This document shows, in pieces, positions 14,101-26,352 of a DNA stretch of 64,000 nt. Below the pieces are notes generated by a model. The model was not told the origin of the DNA. It saw only the letters and a program-made list of their open reading frames with translations, and ran no database searches. Source of the DNA: Trichosphaerium sp. ATCC 40318 (lineage: Eukaryota; Protista; Tubulinea). The DNA is taken from the NCBI GenBank assembly GCA_038496445.1, contig JALMLS010000585.1, positions 124,001 through 188,000 of the forward strand, written 5' to 3'. The translations under genes and the position numbers were made by a program. Within the stretch, counting starts at the first letter, position 1, and each line of letters opens with the position of its first letter.

Positions 14101-15862
14101 GTTACATATATCTTCAACGTTGCCAAATAGTATATTTATATCGTCTTTGGATAGATGACAAGATGTTAACATGTTTCCTTTTCTAAAAGGTACTGCGAAT
14201 TTCTAAAAAAAAGTATGTTAACATTTTGTTGAAAGGCGAAGAGTAATTGCGAGCTTCTTACTTGAATCATATTTAAAGCGTCAGTTAATAATCTCTTAAG
14301 GTGCCATATAAGACGTTCAAGTGATTGAATGCGTAGATCTTTAGTATTCCAACAAGGAATAAAGCTAGGTCGATCACTCTAAATACAATTGTTAAAATTA
14401 AATCTCTTTTGCAAAAGTTTTTCAATTCGCGATTAAAAAAGCGTTAAACAATGAAAGAAAAATTAAATTAAATACGCCAATGCACTGAGAGTACAAGAAA
14501 GGAGTTTACAAGGAAAAAAGTAAATAAAAATCAAAAAAAACGCCTGTCATTGGCCAAAACGTACAATAATCTCGTTTATCCTACACCTTGCGAATTTAAT
14601 ATCAGTATGAGGAGATGGAGGACCCTATTAATACTCGATAAGAATACTTTTCAAACACAATAAGATAAAGCATACATCTTTAAAAATGCCACGAAGACTC
14701 CGTTTAGTAAATCGACGCTTGCGCAAGCTGTTTCTCTTGCTCTTCTTTGGTAATGACTGAGATGCACGAGTACCAACAGGTAGATTAGGTAAACTAGCGT
14801 TCAGGTTCGGTCCAGTATCGCTGTGCACAAGTTAAATGGAAATTTACAAAAAGACAGGTGAAAAAAAAAAACTGTTGAATCTGGATTATTACGCTCGTAA
14901 ATCACCACCAGCAAGTAACGCAGACATAGAAAAAAATTGTAGACGTGTAACACGTCCGTTAAAAAAAAATACTTCAGGCGTTTTTTGTCAGTTTTTGTAC
15001 TTACTTTCCTGCCATTCGCCATGTACTACCTCCATACTTCAAGTGATCATTGCTTCTACTATTTTTTAACCAAGGACGACCTAAAACAATCATTACAAAA
15101 GACACAAAAGCTTCAAAAAAACGTTTTAATTTTTATTTTCTGCATAAAAAAAATTGTGCATGCTATTCCAAAAATTACGTTCTACGCAGTAACTAGTATC
15201 ACAGTAATAATAAATAGTACAAAAAAATGCGTACCCAAGCTTCCATTGTCAATTGTAGAGCGCCTGCCATTTTGAACTTCTGCGCTCGCACGCCTAAATT
15301 TGTAAGCTATTGATAGTTGGCTTACTATCGCTTTTAACGCACTGTGACGATGTCAGGGGACCCGACGCGCCCGAACCGTTTGGACGCTTCAAACGAATAT
15401 CTGCACCTGTATAGTTCACCCTAGTTGCTGAATAGCGTTTCTTGCGTGGTGACTGCGATAGTTTGCTTCTTGGAGAACCAGAACGCGGGGAAATATTGGG
15501 CTTAACCATAGAGATTGAATCGCTCTCAGGCTCTCGTTGTGAGATAGCTAGCTCTATTTCCGAAACCAAGTCATTATTTACCTCATTATCGACTGGGGCA
15601 TCAGGCTCAACCACTAATAGCGGCTCTACTCAACTGTTATTACAATAATTACTGTTTTCGTACCACCAAAGCCTCGTTTTGGTTTCTTGCGTGAAGAGCG
15701 AGTAGCAGAGCTACCATAGCCTTTGGTCTTATCTTTGCCATCAATTTTTTTTCTGGACAGCGACCTTACCAATCTTCGCACAGGCGCAACTGTTTGGCGC
15801 ATACTTATCTTGCGCTTCTTTTTTTTGGCTTTCTGCGCATCTCTTTTCTCCATGTTGCTCAT
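8121..15862 (-). CDS. ROCO family kinase: RhoGEF(DH/PH)-ankyrin-LRR-Roc-COR-kinase, many exons
   Basis: DH-like FGNVEDI...VGSILV...YLHNYPYA; ankyrin TPLWVA/TPMYMAC; LRR LDLSDLKL/LLVANNPL; Roc P-loop LGQENVGKT, STDGID and YPSHQFFLT; COR region; kinase GEGGFG, HRDLRSPNV, DFG, APE; stop at 8121-8123. The basic 5' exons at 14600-15862 are assigned by position and strand. Confidence 0.9.
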
Positions 15863-16779
15863 TGTATACAACTCTACTGTTAATCATACTTTACGCGCAT
15901 TTACACGCTATAGCTGGTATACAAAGCCTTAATGTTGGTTTTGAAGTTATTTGCGTCAACAGAAATAAACGATTACATAAGTACTTACGACCATGAACAC
16001 CAAAATAGGCAAGCGTCATAGCGCTTGTTAACCAGCAATACTGGATGCATAGTTTTAATTGTGTCTATTTATTTTTTGTGTATTTTAGTACAACGCAATC
16101 GGATGTTAAGAATTGTGAGCTAGCGTCACCGTACGGTCAACAAATGATTTGTTGCTCAATGTTACATGTTTGGCAGAGACCAGCCGAAACCGCACATCTT
16201 TCTGCTTGCACAAACCGTACGCGCAAGAAAGTGTTTATAACCAAACACAAAAAGGTTCAGCTGAACGTTTATAAATTAGGCAATAAAAAACTTGATTTCG
16301 AAGTGGATTGACATTCTTGTAAAGCAAGTCATAGATTAACCTACAACGCATCTTACAAACATGCCTTTTTGGTGGCGAAAATAAGAAGAAGTTTCGGACT
16401 GTACTGTGCTCACTATCACCAAGTCACTGTTAAATAAGCGTAAATTTGAACATACTCGCAGCGACTACGCTAGATTTTGCATGACGCTTAAGGATTTGTT
16501 GTGCTAAGCCTGTTTTTTCGAGACGGTTTGTGAACATAGGTAACCTTTTGCAACTCTGCAAGCTATACTATTACTGTATCCATATGGAGTACTTTACGTG
16601 AGCATAAGTACAAAAAAACACATGCGTTCTACAATTCAGAGTGGCCTTTTAAAAGTAGGCTTAGCGTTAAAATAAAATAGCGCTATTTCAGGTAAAATCC
16701 AAGCTTGCTTCAATGTTGAATTTTTTTGCAACATATCAAATTTTAGCCGCGAATACACTTATGTTTGAGATTGACAAGA

Positions 16780-18512
16780 CTATTTATTTATGACAATTTC
16801 ACCATCTTGTACTGCTCTTACTCTAAAGTTCCATGGTAATATAGCTTCTTTAAGACGAGGTACAGAGAAAACAATGACAAGGAAAATCAAAAGAACCTAC
16901 CATATAATTTAAGAAAAAAAAAAGAACTAAAAATTTGCTTTCACGTGCCAATACCAGCCCGCCCACTGTCGCTCCAACAATAATTCCCATCATATCAGAA
17001 CAATCATTTGCTAATATTAGTATATCAAGCCTAATAGTGCGATAACAGAAATAAGAAAACAATAGTTCTAAAAAAGCAATACCCTCTGCCATGTTTTTCT
17101 TGTGTTGTAGCTGCGCATTCATTTTCTTCATTTTCGTTTACTATATCAACAGTTCCATCCAAGCAAGGTGACTCAATAGCGTTTAATCTCTTGTCATATG
17201 ACTTGTCAATATGTGAGACATCGATCAAAAAGGAACTGTTTGTCATCAATGTTACACAACCTTAAGAAAAACATCAACTGTCAAGTTGAGCATGTTCAGT
17301 AAATTATCAATAACCCTCTACCTGATACGTTTAAACTTGCAGAATTATCTGAAGTAAGTACCAATCGTACGTTACCATTGTTTATAAAGTCTCCGTTGAT
17401 AACAGTAGGTGTTGTTATCTCCAAAGTAAAAGATACATTTGATGGTACTATGTAGGTGCCATTAAAAGAGCAACCTCGTCTATCATTGCATTGAAGGCAA
17501 GTTATATCCTCACATGAAACTAAACAAACCATATGAGTATTTGATCGTAAAAACCTAGGTAAAACACCTGCCAAGATACGAAAAACATGAGAACCGTACC
17601 TATTGTAGTGGGCGCTTGATTAGGACCGTTATATGGTGCCTCAGTGGGTACCCCAGTGGGTGAATCTGTTGGTAATTCGGTTGGCGCTTCGGTTGGCGCT
17701 TCGGTAGGCGCTGGTGTTGGTGGATTACAAGAACATGATGTGATAGATATAAGAATTCCTCCAATATTACCAGTGTCCTCTAATGTAAAGCTGAGACTAT
17801 GATTTCCGGTTGTCATAACATTCAAATCGAAACCGGTAGCCATTTGTATAGTCCTAAAATGTTGGTTTGAAGTATAGACTATAGGTTGATTGTCTAGTTC
17901 TACTTTAACAATGTTGTCGTCTGCCCAACATTTTAGTGATAAATAGCATACTAGCGAAGTGTTAATAAAAATCAACGTAAACGAGCTCAACACTGCATAA
18001 ACGAACCTCTCTGAGTTTGAAACGTTGTTTCAAACGTTACATTACCTTTAGTAACACCAAAACCTTGCCAACTTATCCATGCACTCTAGAATAACATGAG
18101 AATGAAACAACTCCATCTGAAAAAAATAGTACAGGTTTAAAGAGAGTGTTGTTGATTGGATGCCTCCAAGAGTCTACAAGAGGCCCACAGCATCTTGGTA
18201 GCGCGTATGAAAAGCAACATCCTGTTAGAGGGTCCGTAAAACCGTCACCGAAACAATCTGAAAACTCTGCTGTTGTGCCATCGCATATGCGCCAATGCGG
18301 GTCTTGTACTTGTGGCATTGTTACGGGAAGACTTACAAAAAAATCATCAACGCCTTTTTCAATACGTTAAAAAGGTTCCAAGTAAAATAAGACGTGCCTG
18401 TTGGGTATAGACCAATATCACTCAAACATTGTTGTATTTCTGGCTCGTATGGCGTGTACGCCATTACAATGGTGGATAGAAGGATCAGAACGAACGTTAG
18501 CGCGTATTGCAT
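16780..18512 (-). CDS. Secreted type-I membrane protein with a PTEAPT mucin-like linker and Cys-rich regions
   Basis: Signal peptide MQYALTFVLILLSTIVMA at 18512, (PTEA)n at ~17640-17725, transmembrane segment GIIVGATVGGLVL, stop at 16780-16782. Confidence 0.65.
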
Positions 18513-19748
18513 CCTGTAGAGAGAAGAAGTTGGCTCTTTCCCTTTTGTTAGCCGTTTTTTTAATCACGTGATGAACAAACTATAAAAGTATCTTCAGCAG
18601 CTTTTTAGGACAAAGATTTGTTACGAAAACATTTTGTACATGAAGCTATGTGTACTTTTGAGCAAAATTTGTGTAATGTAAGTAACCTGACATAACACAG
18701 CTCTTCCATTTTATTTCGTTTGTTTTTCGCGTTCGACATTTTGGGAAATAAGTCACTTGAGTAGTACTTGCAGTTTTGTCTTAAAGGACAAAATGATTGA
18801 AAAATTAGTATTCTTTGTAGCTATGATTCAACATTGAAAAACGATCGGGGTTAGATTAGTTTCATTTTATACATGAGGTTCTTATGAAAACTGTGATCAT
18901 TTTTTCATGATTACGATTGAGAATAGTAATGAGGTAAAAAGCAAGATTGAATGGTACATGAAGAGAGGTCAAGAATTTGACAATGGACACGTAAATATTG
19001 TGGCATCAAAACGGAAGCAGAAAGCTTTATTCTGCTAGCTAACAATATTTTTCAATTTTGGTTTGGGTTTTTAAATCGCGTGTTCCAGTTCATAATTTCT
19101 CCTACCGTGGATCACATTTCAAAACCCCGGATATGCTAGGCCAAGTAAAATTGTCAGTTATGTAAGAACTAACAGAACTTGAAAGATTTGCCAGATCTAA
19201 CTCGAAAACCGATAGTCACAACAGCAAATTTGAACAACATGTAAAAACAAAAACTAAAGTTTGGATATGAATTCGAACTGTTGTCTCATCTACTCTACAG
19301 CTATATACAAAATATAACAATAGAATAAGTGTTATTTCTTCTAGATATTAATGTATTCAAAGAACGAATTTTATCACTCATTAATAGGATGCCATTTCCA
19401 TGATTACTTTGTAGTTCAATTTTATTCAAGCGTATACTTTGGAATCACTGTTATGATGTTTGTAATATCTGTAAGTAAGTAGCGCAATACCAACAATAAT
19501 ACAAAGTAAAGCAACACCACATCCTATACCAACATAGAGAAAAAGGAATAATTTGTCATCTCCACATGATGCTGAATCATTACGAATTAAATCAGACAGA
19601 TCAATTGTCTCAACATTTAATACCTCACAATCCTTTGTTTCAACTCTATCTGATACTTGTGCATAAAGGCATCCTGGAGGTAATGTAATGGTTGCAAAAC
19701 TTTCAAGTTGTATTGTGATATCTAGAGTAAGCTGAGTAACAGTACATA

Positions 19749-20400
19749 CAGGTCTAAAATTTTTGAGCTGTTTTTATGGTAGATACCATGAATTTGTGGT
19801 ATAATTATACCATTGATTACAATTTTATACCACAAATTCCAGTATAATATACCATAAATCAAAGACTTTATACCATGAAACAGCCAAATTATACCATAAA
19901 TATGCAGTAGAAAGTGCGAATTTATACCATATTTTTTCACCTGAAAAAATGCAATATATGGTATAATTCTACCATAAAACATGGTATAATACACAGTATA
20001 ATACCATAAAGCCTGGTATATTATACCACCAAGTACAGTATATGATACTATATAACTTGGTATTGTGTACCATAAACAGCAGTATCTTATACCACAAATC
20101 ACAGTATAGTATACTACATAACTTAGTATCTTGTACCATAAACAGTGGTATATTATACCATAAAACTTGGTACTTTGTACCACAAACAATGGTATACTAT
20201 ACCATGAAACTTGGTACTTTGTACCATAAACAATGGTATATTATACCATGAAACTTGGTACTGTATACCATAAAACTTGGTACTTTATACCATAAACAAT
20301 GGTATATTATACCATGAAACTTGGTATTGTATACCATAAATAACCAAAAAAACCAGTTTATTGTACTACAAAACACAGTATAAAATACCATAAATATCAA
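19749..20400. repeat. Left TIR plus subterminal array of TATACCA/TGGTA motifs in ~45-70 bp imperfect units
   Basis: Many copies of tataccat/ttggta, e.g. repeated tataccataaaacttggtactttgtaccataaacaatggtatat. Confidence 0.9.
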
Positions 20401-20419
20401 AAATCCCATACGATATTGT

Positions 20420-22627
20420 TTAAAACTCCAAATATTCACTCAAAGCTACATCTTCAATGGAATGAAGGCCTATTTGATTTTTAACTAATATTTTGTTAGA
20501 TAAAAAAAATGTAAGCAAACTTACAAGAGAGAAAATGCGTAGCTAATTTGTCAGCCTTGGAGTCATAGTGCAATTCCCGAAACAGTTGCAATAAAGCTTT
20601 TTTGCTCAAAGTTTTCTTATGATTTGCCTTTATTCTCGCCAAAACTATTGATTTATCATCCTACAAAACAATTAACACTTTGTCAAACTTTGTGAGAGCA
20701 CTTGTTTTTTTTCAATCAATGTGGCTTTTATCACGTATCTTGCCACCATCTCTGAGCTATCTCTACAACTTTCAATTGAACCTCCTAATACCTTACTTGT
20801 CGTCAAATCAATAGATGCCGGCACAACTTTTTTATAATTGGCGATGCTGGTTTCAAAGCCAAGTATTTCATCTACATTTGCACTTGGACCTAAAACATTT
20901 GAGATAAGGAAAAAAAAAAAACCCAATGTCTACTTACAGTACGTGTAAATGCTGTCAGAGCTTGCAACAATAGAAAACCAAGCACTAGAAAATAGTAAAG
21001 ACAATACACTGTAGCATAGTAAAAGAAAAGTACATGTTAGAGGTATAAAAGTCATCTTCTATGTCGCCGATTGAGTCAAAAACAATAAAATGATTTTCCG
21101 AATTCTTGTAAAAAGGAATCAAGGCAAACACAGAATGGTTCTTCAACTCAACATCCTAAAGATATTTAGCACAATACCTACCAATACATGTACCATTGAA
21201 GAAACAGCCGATAAGTCTTGCTTTAAACCAATCACCGTGACTTTGTGGTAGTAATCTTGAATTGTTAACAAAAAAAAAAAGGAGTGCAATGTACCTTTTT
21301 TTTTACTACCAAAAAAAAACCTGTTAGCTTCGTCAAATGCAATCCACACTGTACCTTGCTATCTTTGCCAAATTCATATAAGCATCCATTTGCTGTGCGT
21401 TTGGTGTACCATCTGAGGTAAACAACCATATAAAATCTTTAAACTTAAACTTGAGATCTCGCACTGAAACTACATCGTTTAACAATAGCCGCTCTTTCTT
21501 TTTTTTTTCTACAGGTGCTTTCTCATTCTCTTTTTCAAGACCTATATCGTGTCAAATGTGAATAAAAGCAAAGAAATCAGCTGTACCAGTAGTATTGGCA
21601 TCCACGTTCACAACAAGTTTGTCGACACTGTTATTACTTTGTTCACTTTCCTCGACACTTGACTTTGTAGTTTCTAATAAATTTATTATATCAGCTATAT
21701 CCATATCACCTTCTGAATCATCAATAAATGTGTCGCTACAACAGGCATGAGAGGAAAAAAAAAGAAGGAAAGAAGCACGTGAAAAATAAAAGCCGCACAT
21801 GTATTTGTAATGTCCATTTGTTGTAAAGTAATTGTGGCCAGTTTGTTGATATTTTCCATGCTTATTTTGTAAAGCATCCATTGTGAGCGTGTAGTATTCT
21901 GTAATCTGAACAATATTAAATCACAAATAAATAAGCAAAAAAAAAAAGGTAAATTTACTTTTCGTACCCATCCTTGTACCATTTCTTTTAAAGCCACAGT
22001 GATTGTAAAAGGAATCTTAAAATGAAACACTTTGTTTTGAAGTGCTAAATTAAAAATAGCAACTAATAACAGGTTAGGCACTGAACGCTAAGTTGATTAT
22101 GCTTTACATACTAACAGAAGCCTCTGAAATCTGTGGAATTTTGGATTTTATTTCTACCAAATACCTGCTCACATACGCTTTAAAAGTCCTTGTAGTTAGT
22201 AAATAGTCATTGTTAACTTGAGAGTAGTTCAAGTCGCATTTTGCAAATTTTGGGTTTGTTCTCCACGTGGTTTTAAATGCTTCCCATGTTTTTTTTTTAG
22301 CACTGGAACTAAGAGCTCCAGCCTCTAAATAAAGTCTTTGAGCAATAACACCAGCTTCCGACTATTGCATTATTAGTGTGGTTTTTAATACAAAAACAAG
22401 TGGTAGCGCACGTTTGTAGTGGCAATCTCCGGCTTGGATTGATTTGTGGTCATGCCAACATTTTGCTTTATTGTCTTCACCTCCTGTTCTAAGGCTCGAA
22501 TGTGATGTGCAAGCTTTCTAAACTGTAATTAACAACTGGTAGAATAATAACAAAAAAAACCATACTGAACCAGTGCTTTCAAATTTTCCTCGTTCATTTG
22601 CTTCTTTGATGGCGGCTCAGCAGACAT
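20420..22627 (-). CDS. Transposon-encoded protein of unknown function (possible accessory/TnpA-like), multi-exon
   Basis: ATG at 22627 (MSAEPPSKKQ, NLS-like), several GT-AG introns, final exon CLHSIEDVALSEYLEF* at 20420. Lies immediately downstream of the transposase. Confidence 0.55.
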
Positions 22628-22692
22628 GGCGTGCTTACAAAGTTGTTAAAATTTACTAATTTAATTGACTACAATGATGAATACAGAGTTTT

Positions 22693-25600
22693 TTAGGAAG
22701 GAATGGCATAGTGATAGTAGTTAATGAGCTGCTCTCCATCGTCACTGGTTGTATATACTTGCGCTAGCTTGTACACATTTTTTAGTGGTACACATGCTAT
22801 TGTGTCAGCAAATTCAACGCTACAGCAAAGTCAGTGTTTCAAAAGCAAAGAGTGAAGGTTTTGCACGTCAATAGCTCGCTGTTGGCATCATATGGGTTGT
22901 TTGGGTTTTTTAAAATAAAGTACCTAAAATTACGTGAGTAAATTAGTTGTTGCACTACTACAAACAGCTCACTCTCCGAATACAAACACTTGATTATTGT
23001 CAGTGATGCTTTGATAGATGGCTTGAGTTTTAACATATATGCAGTCTTTTTTAGTTTCTCTCTTTGCCGGTCTCCATGATTTAAAAAGAGTTTCATTTGA
23101 GACAGACAGCTTCATTGTCAGATCTTCCATTGTTACAGAGTTATAAGAAACAAACGGTTCTGACATAAGTCTCCTAGTATCAGCAGGGAATGTAGCCTCA
23201 AATGCTAATTTTTCCATGTGGCATAACTCTCTAACACACCTTTTGTTGCCTAAAAACAAAGTGAGATGTAATTTTTTTTATTTGCATTGCTTACGTAAAA
23301 TCCAGAGTGCCTTTTGTCTTTTGTAAAATGGAGGAGTGATCACTTTCCTTGACAATTCAACGTTATCTTTGTATTGATTGTGTAGCACAGAAGTGCAAAG
23401 GGCATCAAACTTGCCAATATATGATAACATTAACCATGGTATTTCTTTGTCTACTATGTCCCTATGCTTTGTTGGTGTATGTTGAAACAAAACATTTTGT
23501 ATACTTTATTTTGTCATGGTTCTTCGATGACAGCTTCCATTTTTTGATGGTGGCATGCTTAGATTCACATGCATAAGTGCTAATAATGTACAGTTAATCA
23601 CAACCATGTTAAAAGTGTACCTAAAGTGTTTAAAAACTCCAAATCGTTTAATCATGTATTCATAATGGTAAGGCACGTGAAAGTTTGTTGTGTCTAAATT
23701 TAACTCTAATAAGTTGTCAATGATCAGACACATACAAAAAAAGTAAATTGCAAACAGTACCAGGTAAATTAAGCTTTATTTCATTCAATAAGTTTTTGTA
23801 TTTGATTGTTACACTTTTGACTTGACGTTCTGACATAAAATCTCTTTGTGTCAATACTACAAAAGCCAACAAGTGTTTCCTTTAAAATTGGTCAATAAAA
23901 AGACAACACAAAGAGCTTTGAGAGGTACCACATTGACATGAGGTCATCAGGTAAAATGTGGCGAAAAACCAGAGCAGACATTTTCAAAAAGGTCCTCATG
24001 TCTGTTCCGTCCCAACTCTCAGATACTAAACATCCTGTATTATTCCACACTGCCTTCATTCTAAAATGACTTTGAATCAATACATCAAGTCAACAACATG
24101 TACATACTTTCCTAACCCTGTATTTTGTTTTCTAACATACTTGATCCTACGATTTAGAGTTTTTTTAAAAGTTTCTTTGGGTTGAAGCTCTTGCATTTTA
24201 GCCAATGCCGCATCCAACACATTTTTAGCTATACCCAATATGATGTTATGAAATGGACAATATGGAGAATCCAAAAAAAAGTCAAAGTGATAGTTCAGCA
24301 GTTTACTGAACGGAGACTAAAAAAAAAAAAAATACCAGTTAATCTAAAGTAAAACTAAATTCGTGGTTTGTTGCTCACCTGCCTGTGAATGCTAAAACAA
24401 TCTTTAATGTGATCACTGTATGAGTGTTCATGTGCCATGGTGAGGATTTGGTGTGTGTTTCTTGTGGCTGTTACAATCTCATTGTCTTCTGTAATTAATT
24501 GAAAGGCATTTTTTGGCACTCTACATATTCGGCAAGGATAATGAGATGTTGGACTCCTCATTGCTAAAAGTAACATAAATTGATCAATAATGAAGGATTT
24601 TTGTACATATCAATCTATTTGAGCCTGGTGAATCACCCAATATCTTAGACAACCTCAAATACACTGTGAAGTACTATTTTTGGATTAAATTGTAAAAAAA
24701 AAACCAATAAAATTGGCACGTACCTTTTGTTCACTTTTTATGTAACATCTCATGCCATTGTACACCTTTAAAAAATCATTTACAACATGCTCCAATAGAT
24801 CTTCTTCATGCAAACACTTTGGTAACACAGCCAACAACATTTTTCCAGTAGCACTGGCACTGTTAGGTAAATTCCAAACAACCATATACAAAGGCCCCAA
24901 ACTGTCTTTTTTATCGTATGTAAAATCATCCTTGCTTATATATGCTATTGATTAACAGTGAGTAGACAATCAAAAGATAAGTATAGTGTACCTGGGAGTA
25001 AAATAGTGTTGTCTTTGTCTGCCTCATAAACATCAAGTACATCTGCAAACACTTTTTTCACATTGGTTCCAGTTTCTGGACCTTTGTATACCTTCTCTGC
25101 TTTCGTAGTTCCATCTTCATAGTGCGTGTGCATTGTGGCTGGTCCATCAGTTATACATTCAGTGATGCTTTTTCTTGTGGGCAAATAATACAACACTCTT
25201 TTGATATGCTCTGATGGAGAGTAAAAAGGAACTTGTGTCGTGTATACAACTTTGTCTGACTTGGTTTTCTTGTCCACTGATATTATTTCAGGTGGGAATT
25301 GAGGCAAAAACTAGTATAAAACAATAAGCAAGGACAAAGGCATATACGTCTGATAAATGTACTTTTGTAGCAATTTCTTTCAACAATGTGTTTACAGAAA
25401 CAGACACAGTGCCTAACAAAGCCAACATAAGAGATAATCACAACGTGGTGTGTTACATACCATTAGCGTCAAGTCCAAAAAGAACCAAGGCAGTATTGAA
25501 CAGCTCTAAAATTTTTTTACACAAAACCAAAGACAGTTTGTGTTCCAACTTTAGCGCAAACAACAAATAACCAAGCTTTTGTTGAGGAGAGGCAGAGTTA

Positions 25601-26085
25601 AAGTCATCACTTGGCTCAAAATCTGGAGGCTTTTGTTCTTTTTTCCATTGCTCATCAGACAACTGTTCGAATTCTTTAACAAACAAATTAAATGCTACAC
25701 TAATTGTTACAGTTAACTCACCACTGCGCATAGCCTCACCATCAACACTTAAAAAGTGTGGAAGAGTTGTACATGGTAGCTCCGTATTGTCATCTCTTCT
25801 TAAATATATTGGTTCCACAAACTCGTCACTGACACTGCTTTCATTGCTCTCATCACCGGTGCCATTGAATCCACTGTCCGCACTACTTTCAGAGTCACTA
25901 CTGTGACTTATTGCATTGCTATTGGCATCACAATCTGTATCATATAGATTAAAAGCAAGCAGGTGGTCGACACTTTCACTGGCATTTGCTGAATCTCCCA
26001 AATTAATATCATGAGTTCTAATCCGTTTCTTTGCTTTGCTAATGTTATTGTTTCTTTGAGAAAAGTCTCTACCTCGTTTGCCCAT
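22693..26085 (-). CDS. CMC/EnSpm-Plavaka-type DDE transposase, multi-exon
   Basis: Spliced motifs: AYISKDDF...LGPLYMVVWNLP (first D ~24928), ILGDSP (second D ~24632), PCRIC (C2C), CPFHNIILGIAK, FHVPYHY (H3H), FSTYACESKH (E ~23564). This motif order is characteristic of the CMC supergroup. Confidence 0.88.
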
Positions 26086-26352
26086 TCCTATAATTAACTA
26101 AGTACATTTGAGGTATTTTGTACATGTACCTAGCTTTATGGTCGCCGCTGTATGTTTATTAGATTTTAAGTGTCTGTAATGATAATGTCTCCATGTATAC
26201 CATGTCTTACAAGCGTCACAATACACGTTAGCCATTGTTGCTTGTTGTTAATTACAATTAAGAAAAAAAACTCCACTTAATGAGCATAAATTTATTTATT
26301 GTTTCCTACACAATTTATCTAAACCTATGAACAATTTAGACGTTTAATACTT

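Noticed and set aside
20040-20345. CRISPR-like appearance of the regularly spaced palindromic repeats
   Set aside because: There are no unique spacers and no cas genes, the context is eukaryotic, and the repeats are explained as a transposon subterminal array.
19722-20439. Tyr/Ile-rich ORFs here and at 42446-43530 and 44320-45275
   Set aside because: They are translation artefacts of TATACCA or AATGCC subterminal repeats.
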